A DNA stretch of 64,000 nt from Planctomycetota bacterium (GTDB taxonomy: Bacteria; Planctomycetota; B15-G4). Of the stretch, positions 1 to 11,200 are shown piece after piece (the first letter of the stretch is position 1; the number at the start of each line of letters is the position of its first letter). The DNA is taken from assembly GCA_965248575.1 (NCBI GenBank), contig CBDFJQ010000002.1, positions 2,752,001 through 2,816,000 on the forward strand. Direction: 5' to 3'. Under the pieces are notes generated by a model. It worked only from the letters and a program-made list of their open reading frames with translations. It was not told where the DNA came from and made no database searches. The position numbers were made by a program, and so were the translations under genes.

Positions 1-265
1 TGCTCTCCCGGGCCGGCGTGTTGAACAAATCGAGGCAACGCCAAACCCCCTCGGTGCGACCGTACAGGAAGCTCTGGCCGCCACGGCTGACAGTCACCGC
101 GGCCACGAGCAGCTCGTCGCTCTCCTCTTCCGACAAGAAGCGCGACACCTTCACTTGCGAGGCGCGCCGTTCGGACTCCGTGCGATCGAGGGCGCGATCG
201 GCGACGACGAGGCTCGCCAACAGGGCCACCAGGACGACGGGCGTGCGCAGGCTGGACAGTCGCAT
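1..265 (-). CDS. Partial (5' end only) membrane-anchored protein, possibly the DUF4340-like partner of the adjacent Gld-type ABC module
   Basis: ATG at 265 overlaps the upstream TGA (TGATG). Frame is open to the window edge: MRLSSLRTPVVLVALLASLVVADRALD...VTVSRGGQSFLYGRTEGVWRC. Same operon position as the DUF4340-like gene in the second module. Confidence 0.6.
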   Translation of the reverse strand, partial: MRLSSLRTPVVLVALLASLVVADRALDRTESERRASQVKVSRFLSEEESDELLVAAVTVSRGGQSFLYGRTEGVWRCLDLFNTPARES

Positions 266-3200
266 CAGGCGCTCCGCCTCCACCGAGCGAAGGCCCGGAA
301 CAGACCCATCAGGAAGTATGCCGCCGGTGCGCCGAGGATCACCGCAGCCCGCCATCGCGTGCGTTGCTCTTCGGGCAGACGGCCGAAGCCGCGCACCACT
401 GGACGGCGCGCCACGATGGCCGCCAACTCGGGCTCGAGGGCCAGCGAGGCCACGGCATCCAGCAGCAACTGGTCACCGCGGTACTGGGGTGCCAGCTCGG
501 CGAGGCGCGCGTCCTTGAACAGCTCGCTGCACGTGAGAAAGAGCAGCGTGCCCGAGGCGGCCTCTTCACTCGGCTCGGGCTTCAGATAGGGCTCTGGCTC
601 CGCGCTGGAGTTCGCGCGGTAGAAGGCATCGCGAGGCCACGGGAACTGCCCCTCGAAGAGGGCACCCAGCGCCAGGGGGCCACGGGTCTGCGGCGCAGCC
701 GTCTCCTCCCCAGTCTCATCTAACGCCCCATCCGCTGCCCCATCTGGCGCATCCACGGCCAGCGGCCCGATGAGCATCTCGTCCGGCAAGAAGCCCCCGG
801 ACCAGGCGTAGGTCCAGGCGTCGGGGCTCGTGGTCATGAGCGTCGTGGCGCGCAGCCCGTGCTGTTGCAGCAAGGCCTCGTCCCACTCCAGAAAGCTGGC
901 GCCGATGAAGGCCTGGTCCCCCAGCGCCGCCACGCTGGGCTCACTCTGGTTGAAGCGCGAAGCGGCCGCGCGTACCAGGAAGGGCAGCGCCGAGCGCATG
1001 CTCTTGAAGTCCCGGCGCTCCGTGACGTTCACTTGGCTCTCCAGCACCACCGGCAGGGACTCGGTGTCGAAGAGCACCTCTCGCACGAGCTGGATTCCCA
1101 CCTCGGGAAACCACAGGGTCTCGACATCCGTGGTCTGGGGCCGGGGCCAGTAGACGAACTCGAAGTTCGCCCCGCGGAACTGCTGCGGTTGGATGTTGAA
1201 GTGCTGGGCCGCAAGCAGCACCCGGCCGCCGCGGTAGAGGTGGCCCACGGTGGATTCCAGCATGCGCTCCATGGGGCGCCGCGGCTGCAGCCAGATGAGG
1301 GCGTCGATGTCGTCAGGCAGTCGCCCCCGCTCCGGGTCCACGTGGGTCACCCGGAAGCCCGCCAACTCGAGCAGCTCCCGGGCCTGGCTGTACTCGTCCT
1401 TGCCCTGGGGCGAGATCAGGCCTTGGGTCTGGTAGTAGCGATGGCGCTCCGCCGCGGACAAGCGCGGCGTGTCCGAGGCGAAGGCCAGGTGCGGGCGGCG
1501 CCCAGTGCTCAGCTCGTGCAGCGCCATGGCCAGCCGGAACTCCGCGTTGTCGTAGCTGGCCACATTCGGGAATTGCAGCAGCACCTGCCGCTCGCCCGAC
1601 CGGAGGCGCAGGCTGCTCCAGGCCGTGCGCACCTCGGTCACCTCGTCGCGCTGGCTGGTGACGCGCAGCGCTTCGATGTCCTCGACTGCCAAGGCCTCTT
1701 GCTCGCCGGGCTCAAGATCCTCAGGGCGCGTGCGCTTCATGTCGAAGCCCTCACCCGCCGACACACCCACTTCGCGCATCACATCTAGTAGACGGTCGGA
1801 CGGCCGGCGAACCTCGGGAGCCAGGCGGCTGCGGTCGGAGAGGAAGACCTCCACCTGCAGACCCTCGGCACCCGCCACCCGCGCCGCCAGCTCGCCGGTG
1901 TAGGGGTGCACCTGATTCACATCGTCAGCGGTGAGGTCCCATTGCCCGGAACCCGCACCCAGGAGCCCACCCAGCCCTCGCGAGACAGGGTCCGCCGCCA
2001 TCCCAAGCAACGCCACCGCCAGCATGCCGAACAGGGCACGCGGCAAGAGCACACGCCACCAACCCTGCGCCGCGCCTCGTTGCACCGGCGGCACTCCACG
2101 GCTGCGCACGAGTGCCACGACAGCCAACAACACGGGCAGCAAGCCGACGCAAAACAGGCGCCAGCCCCCGCGAGCAGCGGGGCTGATGGCAGGCACCGCC
2201 TCCGGGCGCACGATCTCCGCGCTCGCAAGCACCAGGCGGTCTGGCGAGGCGAAAGTCTGCAGCAGGCTCAGGGCCAGGCGTTCATGGGCCGTGCCCGGGG
2301 CACCAAACAACTCGTCTCGAAACGGACTGCTGGAGGCGAGCCCCACCATGGACCCGCGCCACGGGTCCTCGGGACGCAGGGCCACCATGACCGGCTGCTT
2401 CGGCACCGAAGAGCCGGCCTCCGGAGTCAGCAGGGCGAAGGGAATCGAATCGGCCTGGGTGGACTGGGTCCACGTCAGCTCGGAGGTCGTGCCCAAGACT
2501 TCTGGCGTCCAACCACCCGCGGCCAAGGCGTCGCCATCCAGCACGAAGGTGCTCGGCAACTCGAACACGAGGTTGCCGTTGGGCTCGAAGGCCAGGGAGT
2601 GGAAGTCCTGATTGTTGGCAATGCAGTTGATTCGGTGCGGTGCGGGGACGCCCGGATCGCCGAACACCTGGCAGCGCTCATCGAACACGAGGCCGTCGAA
2701 GGTGCGCAGGCCGTAGTGCCCCCAGAGCGCCTCCCCGCGATAGCCCGTCGTCCCCAGCAACAGCGAGTCCAGGCCGTCCACGTCGCCGAAGCGACCAACC
2801 CTGCGGCTCCCTGCGATGACGACGGTGCGCCCCGCATCGAGCAGCGCGTCCAACTCGTCCAGGCGCGCAGCGTCCACCGGTTGCGGGTCCATCCAAAACA
2901 GGATGTCGGCGCTCTCGGGCACGGCGTCGCCTGCGTCGAGGTCGACCCGACGCACATCGCCTCGCTCTGCCAGCCATCCTGCGAAGCCCTCGAAGCCTGC
3001 GGGCGCTGCGAAGGCGTAGACCGGTTCGCGAGGCGCCTTCATGGCCTGCAGCTGCGCCACCACGAGGGCCTGCAGCCGCGGCAGGTGCTCGTTGCCCAAG
3101 CCGGGAATCACCGCAGGAGCCCCAGGCCCGTAGGCCATGGTCAGGGTGCTCCAGATCTCTTGCTCGCTGTAGGCGTCGCGGGTGACGTGGCGCACGCGCA

Positions 3201-3567
3201 CCGGTGCGACCTTGTTGCGGGCGGCGTAGGTCTCCAGCTCGGGGTCGGAGGTGGGGTCCACGATCTGGTAGTCGAGCCGGCCGTTGGACGCAGCCTTCAT
3301 CGCGTCCAGCAAGTCGGTGACTTGCCGCTCGAGGCGCCGCAGATGGCTGGGCATCGCCTCCCGGGGGCTCACGTAGTAGGTCAGGAAGACCTGGTCGTCG
3401 AGCTGCGCGAGCCAGCTGCGGGTGGAGTCATCCAGCTGGCCGAGGCGAACGCGCCCCACTTCGAGGCGCGCACCCCGGGCGTGCTCACTGACATTCATGG
3501 CCACGCCCACGACGGCTAAGCCCAGCAACAACTCGAGCACCAGCGCAACCACTCCTCGCGCCTTCAT
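265..3567 (-). CDS. GldG-like ABC transporter auxiliary protein with two tandem GldG-type units (~1100 aa)
   Basis: ATG at 3567 overlaps the permease stop (ATGA). Two TM-bounded extracytoplasmic halves, each with GldG-like features (VFLTYYVS...YQIVDP / VEVFLS...; ADILFWMDP / IDALIWLQP; GRTVVIA / GGRVLLAA), and a C-terminal TM helix. Confidence 0.8.
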   Translation of the reverse strand: MKARGVVALVLELLLGLAVVGVAMNVSEHARGARLEVGRVRLGQLDDSTRSWLAQLDDQVFLTYYVSPREAMPSHLRRLERQVTDLLDAMKAASNGRLDYQIVDPTSDPELETYAARNKVAPVRVRHVTRDAYSEQEIWSTLTMAYGPGAPAVIPGLGNEHLPRLQALVVAQLQAMKAPREPVYAFAAPAGFEGFAGWLAERGDVRRVDLDAGDAVPESADILFWMDPQPVDAARLDELDALLDAGRTVVIAGSRRVGRFGDVDGLDSLLLGTTGYRGEALWGHYGLRTFDGLVFDERCQVFGDPGVPAPHRINCIANNQDFHSLAFEPNGNLVFELPSTFVLDGDALAAGGWTPEVLGTTSELTWTQSTQADSIPFALLTPEAGSSVPKQPVMVALRPEDPWRGSMVGLASSSPFRDELFGAPGTAHERLALSLLQTFASPDRLVLASAEIVRPEAVPAISPAARGGWRLFCVGLLPVLLAVVALVRSRGVPPVQRGAAQGWWRVLLPRALFGMLAVALLGMAADPVSRGLGGLLGAGSGQWDLTADDVNQVHPYTGELAARVAGAEGLQVEVFLSDRSRLAPEVRRPSDRLLDVMREVGVSAGEGFDMKRTRPEDLEPGEQEALAVEDIEALRVTSQRDEVTEVRTAWSSLRLRSGERQVLLQFPNVASYDNAEFRLAMALHELSTGRRPHLAFASDTPRLSAAERHRYYQTQGLISPQGKDEYSQARELLELAGFRVTHVDPERGRLPDDIDALIWLQPRRPMERMLESTVGHLYRGGRVLLAAQHFNIQPQQFRGANFEFVYWPRPQTTDVETLWFPEVGIQLVREVLFDTESLPVVLESQVNVTERRDFKSMRSALPFLVRAAASRFNQSEPSVAALGDQAFIGASFLEWDEALLQQHGLRATTLMTTSPDAWTYAWSGGFLPDEMLIGPLAVDAPDGAADGALDETGEETAAPQTRGPLALGALFEGQFPWPRDAFYRANSSAEPEPYLKPEPSEEAASGTLLFLTCSELFKDARLAELAPQYRGDQLLLDAVASLALEPELAAIVARRPVVRGFGRLPEEQRTRWRAAVILGAPAAYFLMGLFRAFARWRRSA

Positions 3568-4373
3568 GCCCGGTTGCGCTCCAGGGTCAGGGCCGTGAGC
3601 CACAGAAAGACCGCCGCGCTGCCGGCGAAGTAGACGAGCGCCGGCAAACCCACCACGCCGCGCACGAAGGCCTCGTAGTGGGGCATGACGGAGATGTTCT
3701 CGTACAACCACGTGCCCACAGCGAGGTCCGGAGCCAGGCCGTCTGCCACCGCCACCACGCGCTCATCACCCATGAGCACGAACAGGAAGACGCTCACGCT
3801 GGTGGTGACGAAGGCGACGATCTGGTCGCTCACCAGGGCCGACAGGAACATGCCCAAGGCGAGGAACTGCGCGCCGAAGCAGAGGATGCCCAGGTAGCCC
3901 CCCAACACGAGACCCAGGTCAGGGCTGCCGAGGGCGCTCAGCATCACGACGATGGGCAACGAGCCCGCGACCATCAGCAACAGCAGCGCCAGGGCCGCGA
4001 GGTACTTGCCAAGCACGGCCTGGATGGGCCGGATGGGCATCGTCAGCAGCATCTCGATGGTGCGTTGCTTCCGCTCCTCAGCCCACAGCCGCATGGTGAT
4101 GGCCGGCAAGAACACCGGGAGCAACAAGGGCATGAGGTCGAAGAAGCCCGTCATGTCGACGGTGCCGCTCAGGAAGAACTCGTTCATGAAGATCGAGTTG
4201 GCCAGCACCACGAAGGCGATGGTGTAGACGTAGGCGATCCAGCTGTCGAAGGAACTCGCCAATTCGCGGCGCGCGATGATGAAGGAACCCGAGAGCGCGC
4301 CCACCGATCGGGGCCGGCCGGGCGTTGAGGCCGAAGCCGAGGCACCCGATGCCTGGGTGGGGGAAGCGGTCAT
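3564..4373 (-). CDS. ABC-2 type permease, GldF-like
   Basis: IARRELASSF...PAITMRLWAEERKQRTIEMLLTMP...VLGKYLA motif; about 6 TM helices. Confidence 0.9.
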   Translation of the reverse strand: MTASPTQASGASASASTPGRPRSVGALSGSFIIARRELASSFDSWIAYVYTIAFVVLANSIFMNEFFLSGTVDMTGFFDLMPLLLPVFLPAITMRLWAEERKQRTIEMLLTMPIRPIQAVLGKYLAALALLLLMVAGSLPIVVMLSALGSPDLGLVLGGYLGILCFGAQFLALGMFLSALVSDQIVAFVTTSVSVFLFVLMGDERVVAVADGLAPDLAVGTWLYENISVMPHYEAFVRGVVGLPALVYFAGSAAVFLWLTALTLERNRA

Positions 4374-5167
4374 GCCCCTGCTCCCGTCTTGGCAACCTGT
4401 GCCTGTGCGTCCGTAGCGCTGCCAGCGGACGACGGCACGGGTTGGGAGCCAGAGCGCACGATGTCGAGCACTTCCTGCTCAAGGCCGTGTCCCGCCGCAG
4501 AGGCTCGTGCTTGCATCTCTGCCAAGGACGCGTCGGCGAGCAGCTTGCCGCCGTTGATGATCAACAGGCGCTCCGAAATGCTCGAGACCTCCGCCAGGTT
4601 GTGGCTGCTGAACAGGATCGCCCGGCCCTCCGAAAGCTCGCGGATGAAGTCCCGGAACGCGACAACCTGCAGCGGGTCCAACCCGTGCGTCGGCTCGTCC
4701 AGCAGGATCACCTTCGGGTCGTGGATCAACGCAGCCGCCACCCCCACCCGCTGGCGATAGCCCTTGCTGCATTGATTGACACGCTTCTGCAAGACATCGG
4801 TGATGGAGCACTTCTCCGACACCCAGGCCATTCGCTCATCGAGCCAGGCGCCGGACACACCGCGCAAGCGCCCCACGAAGCGCAGAAAGGTCTCGACCAC
4901 CATGGTCTCGTAGAGGGCGTTGTGCTCCGTCAGATACCCCAGCTCCTGGCGCACGGCGAGCGGCTCGGACACAACATCGTGACCGGCCACCGTGATGCGC
5001 CCCGATGTGGGTGGCAACCAGGTGCACAGCATCTTGAGCAGCGTGCTCTTGCCCGCGCCGTTGGGGCCCAGGAAGCCGACGATCTCACCGGAGTCGATGT
5101 GAAAGGACACACCGTCCACGGCCGTGACGGTTCCATAGCGCTTGGTGACGTCTCGGACGTCGATCAT
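4370..5167 (-). CDS. ABC transporter ATP-binding protein, GldA-like
   Basis: Walker A GPNGAGKST, signature CSKGYRQR, Walker B ILLDEP, switch SSH. Confidence 0.95.
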   Translation of the reverse strand: MIDVRDVTKRYGTVTAVDGVSFHIDSGEIVGFLGPNGAGKSTLLKMLCTWLPPTSGRITVAGHDVVSEPLAVRQELGYLTEHNALYETMVVETFLRFVGRLRGVSGAWLDERMAWVSEKCSITDVLQKRVNQCSKGYRQRVGVAAALIHDPKVILLDEPTHGLDPLQVVAFRDFIRELSEGRAILFSSHNLAEVSSISERLLIINGGKLLADASLAEMQARASAAGHGLEQEVLDIVRSGSQPVPSSAGSATDAQAQVAKTGAGA

Positions 5168-5248
5168 CTGGGCACTCCGCGGATCGTTCCGACACCGGTC
5201 GGAGCAAGGCCGCGGATTATAGGAGCGCCCAAGGCGCAGCGCACTCTT

Positions 5249-8200
5249 CTACTGGAGAGTCAATGTGCCTTCGGCCGCCTGCTTGCGGTAGGGATCCAGC
5301 TGCACCCGATCCACATAGCCCTTGGAGGGATTCGCGGCGTCGCCACCGTTGCCCACCGAGAGCAGGATCGTGAACACGGTCTTGGTGTTGGAGGCCGGGA
5401 AGAGGCCCTTCAAGTTGGCCTCGATGGTCGAGACATCCGTCATCGGCAGGCCATGGACGCCCGAGGTGTTGGGCGTGGCGCTGAAGCTGTCGGCGTAGAA
5501 CAGGTTGCGGGTCGTGGTGCCATCCGTGATGTCCACGCTCATCCAGTCGTTGGCGGCTGCGGAGTTGGCCGCACCGGAGCGCAGATAGGCGGCATCGAAG
5601 GACAGCCTGTGCCGGCCGAGCGGGTAGGAGAAGGCCTGGCCCACGCTGTTTCCACCCAAGGGCAGGGAGCCTGCGCCGCCCGGGTTGGAGGGCGGCGTGG
5701 CCGCGTCCGAACCGTCGGCAGCCAGCTCAAGCCACTGGTCCCCCGCCGTGGGCATGGCGCCATCGCTGCCCAGGCCGCTGGGTTGCACCACGTGGGCTCC
5801 GCCAGCCAACACGGTCCACACACCGCTCGGTGCGAGGCCGGGGGCCTGGCCCTCAAAGCTTCCATCCACCAAGGGGCGCTTGGGGTTCTTCACCTGAACG
5901 AAGTCGAGCTCGGTGGCGAGGTCGGCACCGCCGGGTCCGCTCACCGTCAAGCTCACATCATAGGTGCCCGGGCTGGTGTAGATGTGCGAGGGGTCCTGCT
6001 CGGTGGAGGTCTTGCCGTCGCCGAAGTCCCAGAGCCAGCTGGCGCTAGGCCCGCCGGTCGACTGGTCCATGAAGTCCACCACCACGGGCGCCGTGCCCGT
6101 GGGTGGCGTGCCCGTGAAGGCTGCAACCGGCGGCAGCTCGCCGACGGAGATGTAGGCGACCTTGGTCTCACCGTCAGAGCCGCCGGGGCCCGTCGCGGTC
6201 AATGTCACGGTGTAGGTACCCGCCGCCGTGTAGGTGTTCGACGGGTTCTGAGCGGTCGAACTGTTTGTGTCGCCAAAGTCCCAGGCCCAGCTCGTCACCG
6301 GTCCACCCGACGAGAGATCCGTGAAGTCGACGAGCAGCGGAGTGGTGCCGCTGAGAGGCGTGGCGCTGAACCCGGCGACCGGTGCCGGCTCGTTGACCGT
6401 GATGTAGGCGACCTTGGTCTCACCGTCGGAGCCGCCGGGGCCCGTGGCGGTCAGCGTCACGGTGTAGGTGCCGGCCGCCGTGTAGGTGTGCGAGGGGTTC
6501 TGGGCCGTCGAACTTCCGGTGTCACCAAAGTCCCAGGCCCAGCTCGTAACCGGGCCGCCCGTGGACGCATCGCTGAAGTTCACCAGAAGCGGCATCGTGC
6601 CGCTGGTCGGCGTGCCACTGAAGTCCGCGACAGGTGCCAGGTCGCTGACCGTGATGTAAGCGACCTTCGTCTCGCCGTCGGAGCCGCCAGGTCCCGTCGC
6701 GGTCAGCGTTACGGTGTAGATGCCCGGTGTGGTGTAGGTGTGCGAAGGGTCTTGGGCGGTCGACGTACCGGTGTCGCCGAAGTTCCATGCCCAGCTCGTG
6801 ACAGGACCGCCTGACGACAGGTCGTTGAAGTTCACGAGCAGCGGCGAGATCCCGCTGGTGGGAGTGCCGCTGAACTCGGCAATCGGTGCGGGTTCGTTGA
6901 CCGCGATGTACGCAACCTTGGTCTCGCCGTCGGACCCACCGGGACCGGTGGCGGTCAACGTCACCGTGTAGGTACCCGCCGCCGTGTAGGTGTGTGAAGG
7001 GTTCTGAGCCGTGGACGTCGCTGTGTCGCCGAAGTTCCACACCCAGCTCGTGACAGGACCACCGGAAGACAGGTCGCTGAAGTTCACGAGCAGCGGAAGC
7101 GTTCCGCTGGTCGGCGAACCGCTGAACTCGGCGACCGGCGCCGGCTCGTTGACCGTGATGTACGCAACCTTCGTTTCGCCGTCAGAGCCACCGGGACCGG
7201 TGGCGGTCAACGTCACCGTGTAGGTACCCGCCGCCGTGTAGGTGTGTGAAGGGTTCTGAGCCGTGGACGTCGCTGTGTCGCCGAAGTTCCACACCCAGCT
7301 CGTGACAGGACCACCGGAAGACAGGTCGCTGAAGTTCACGAGCAGCGGAAGCGTTCCGCTGGTCGGCGAACCGCTGAACTCGGCGACCGGCGCCGGCTCG
7401 TTGACCGTGATGTACGCAACCTTCGTTTCGCCGTCAGAGCCACCGGGACCGGTGGCGGTCAACGTCACCGTGTAGGTACCCGCCGCCGTGTAGGTGTGTG
7501 AAGGGTTCTGAGCCGTGGACGTCGCTGTGTCGCCGAAGTTCCACACCCAGCTCGTGACAGGACCACCGGAAGACAGGTCGCTGAAATTCACGAGCAGCGG
7601 AAGCGTTCCGCTGGTCGGCGAACCGCTGAACTCGGCGACCGGCGCCGGCTCGTTGACCGTGATGTACGCAACCTTCGTTTCGCCGTCAGAGCCACCGGGA
7701 CCGGTGGCGGTCAACGTCACCGTGTAGGTACCCGCCGCCGTGTAGGTGTGTGAAGGGTTCTGAGCCGTGGACGTCGCTGTGTCGCCGAAGTTCCACACCC
7801 AGCTCGTGACAGGACCACCGGAAGACAGGTCGCTGAAGTTCACGAGCAGCGGAAGCGTTCCGCTGGTCGGCGAACCGCTGAACTCGGCGACCGGCGCCGG
7901 CTCGTTGACCGTGATGTACGCAACCTTGGTCTCGCCGTCGGACCCGCCGGGACCGGTCGCCGTGAGCGTCACCGTGTAGATGCCCGGTGTGGTGTAGGTG
8001 TGCGAAGGGTCTTGGGCGGTCGACGTACCGGTGTCGCCAAAGCTCCACGCCCAACTGGTCACAGGACCACCGGACGACAGGTCACCAAAGTTCACCAGCA
8101 ACGGGAGCGTGCCGCTGGTCGGCGAACCGCTGAACTCGGCGACCGGCGCCGGCTCGTTGACCGTGATGTACGCAACCTTCGTCTCGCCGTCGGACCCACC

Positions 8201-11200
8201 GGGGCCGGTCGCCGTCAGCGTCACCGTGTACGTGCCAGCCGTCGTGTAGGTGTGCGACGGATTTTGCGCCGTGGACGTTGCTGTATCGCCGAAGTTCCAA
8301 GCCCAACTCGTAACCGGACCGCCAGACGACAGATCACTGAAGTTCACGAGTAGCGGCAAAGTCCCGCTGACCGGTGTGCCACTGAACTCGGCGACCGGTG
8401 CAGGCTCGTTGACCGTGATGTACGCCGTCTTCGTCTCGCCATCCGAGCCACCGGGGCCCGTTGCCGTCAGCGTCACCGTGTACGTGCCCGCCGCGGTGTA
8501 GGTGTGCGAAGGATTCTGCTGCGTTGAGAACGTGCTGTCGCCGAAGGCCCAGACCCAACTGGTGACAGGACCGCCTGTTGACAGATCACTGAAGTTCACA
8601 AGCAGCGGAGCCGTGCCGCTCGTGGGCACGCCGCTGAACTCGGCCACGGGGCCACCTGCTGGCGGCTCCAGACGTAGGTCGTCCAGGTAGCCCTTGCTGT
8701 CCTGGAAGTCGTCGTCGCCGTTGCCGGTGCTCGCCGTCAGCGTGAAGCTCGTCGCTGTCGTCGAAGACGGGAAGAGGCTCGTCAGGTCCACGACCACCTC
8801 TTCAAGCGGCGTCATGGCATAACCCCACTTGGCCGACGTCCCCGAGGTGGGCGAGAAGGTGTCCTTGTAGAACACGTTGTAGGTGCTCGAGCCATCGGTC
8901 AGCTCGACGGACATCCAGTCGTTGTAGACGGCCTGGTTTGGATCCTCGTTGCGCAGGAAGGCTGCCGAGAACTTGAGCAGCGTGTTGCCAGCGGGGTAGG
9001 TGAACGACTGCTCGATGCCAGCGCCGCCGATGGGTGGCGTCGTGATCCCGCCGGGATTGCTGGGCGGTGTGGCGCCGTTGGTGCTGTCGCCCGCGATCTC
9101 ACCCCACTGGGAGCCGTCGGTGGGCATGCCGTTGTCGCTGCTGACCCCCGTGGGGTTCACCACATGGCCGCTGCCGAAGCTCACACTCCAAGGGGTCGTG
9201 GGCGTGGTGCCCGCCGTCTGGGATTCAAAGCTGCCGTCCGAGATGCCCGCGGGGGGCGGATCGTTCACGGTGATGTAGCCCACCTTGGTGTTCGTGTCGC
9301 TGCCGCTCGGGCCGCTCACCATCAGGCTCACGGTGTAGGTGCCCGCGCTGGTGTAGGTGTTCGAGGGATTCTGGGCGCTCGAGACGCCGCCGTCTCCGAA
9401 GGTCCAGGCCCAGGTGTCCGGGCTACCCGACGAGAGGTCCGTGAAGTTCACGTTCAAGGGCGTCAGGCCCGAGGTCGGCGTGCCATTGAAGGCTGCGATG
9501 GGACCGCCGCCCGGCGCCCCGGCGTTGTAGACCAGCAAGGCGAAGTCCTGGTCCGTGCCGTCGGCGTTGCCGGGCAGGCCGTTGCCCGAGATGCTCGCGG
9601 CCGACACGGTCACGGTGAAGTTGCCGGAAGTCCCTGCGGGCAGGAAGACCGATTCGGCGTTGTTGCGGAAGTCCGCGCTTCCGCCGGTGATGGAGTTGGC
9701 GCCGGAGAACACATTGCCGCGATAGGTGTTGCCGCCGACGCTCAGCTGGAGGTCGAGGTCATTCACCCAGGGGGCACCCGTGGTCGGGCCGGGGGCGTCG
9801 GTCCAGGCCAAGGTCACACGGAAGGGTTGGCCCGGGTCGGCCACCTGCCCAAGCACGACATGCGTCGCGCCCGTGGAGCCCAGCACCACCGACTGGTCCA
9901 CCAACATGCGCGTCGTCGCGTCAAAGGCCCGGTCGAGATCCATGAGGCCCATGCCCTGCACATTCGACGGCAAGGTGTCATTGGCGAAGGCACCCGTCAT
10001 GTAGCGGGCGGAGTTCATGAGCACGGCCTTGATCATGGCCGGGCTCGGGGCGCTCATGCCGTTGTTCAGGAAGTCCTGGCGCACCAGGGCCGCACCGCCG
10101 GCGACAGCAGGCGTGCTGTGGCTTGTTCCGCTACTCCAGCCGTAGAGCGAAGAACCTGCTGGCCAGAAGGCGTTGCACACACTGGTCCCGCCGTAGTTGC
10201 TCTGGGGCACACCGGCCTGGATGTGTGTGCCGGGCGCTACGATCTCGGGCTTGATGCGGCCGTCACCGCCGGTGCTGTTGATCGGGCCGTGGCTGCTGAA
10301 GCTGATCATGTCCGTCAGATCGTCCGCGCCGCTGTTGCCAACGCCGCAACCGTCTGTGCCCGTCTGGCGCACGTTCTCGGACGCGCCCACGGTGATGATG
10401 TTCTTGCCCGTGCTGGGCGTGGAGACCGTGTTCGCCCCCGGCCCATCGTTGCCGGCGGCGAAGAGGATCGTGTACTCCTGGTTGCCCGACTGCCCGGATC
10501 GCGCGTCGCGCACCAGGCCGTCCACTTCCTGGCTGTTGCTGTCGTAGTCGGGGATGGGGTTCTGGGCGCCGTCGATGAAACTCCAGCTGTTGCTGCTGAT
10601 ACGGGCACCGAGGTTGTAGGCGCTGTTCTCCCAGCTGGTGATGCTGGCGCCGCTCGGACCGAAAATGGCCGTGCTCCCCACATGGGCCCAGGGCGCGATG
10701 CCGAGGCCGTAGTTGTAGCCCTGGGCATCCTCCACCGTGCCGCCCGTGCTGCTGTTGAGGCCCGCGACAATGTGCGCGTTCAAGAACCCGTGTCCGCCCT
10801 CGGTGCTGCCCTGGCTCGTGGGGTTCAAGGAGAAGTCGACGCGCGCGTTGGCGAGGTCCGGGTGCCCGGTCAACGACACGGAGTCGTCCACGACGTTGAC
10901 GGAGAAGCTGCCGAACTGACTGCTGTTGAAGCCCTCACCCGCCAACCAGGACAGGTAGCCCGGTCCGCTGGGGTTCGTGCCGGAGATGTTTCCCGAAACG
11001 ATCTGCCCCTGGCGCTCGTCGTTCTTGGCCGGCGTGCCGCGCGGCTCGATGGCAAAGACCTCCGGCCAACTCGCCAGGGTGCGGAAGAGTGCGGGGTCCA
11101 GTTTGACGGCCAGGTTCACGTAGGGGCCCACGCGACTGCTGTGGGACACCTCGCTCGCGAAGGACGTCATCATCGAGACCGCTTCGCGCACGCTGGGCCC

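Noticed and set aside
6936..7927. Possible CRISPR array or DGR template in the 252-bp repeats
   Set aside because: In-frame coding repeats with no unique spacers and no adenine-specific variation; no cas or reverse transcriptase gene seen.
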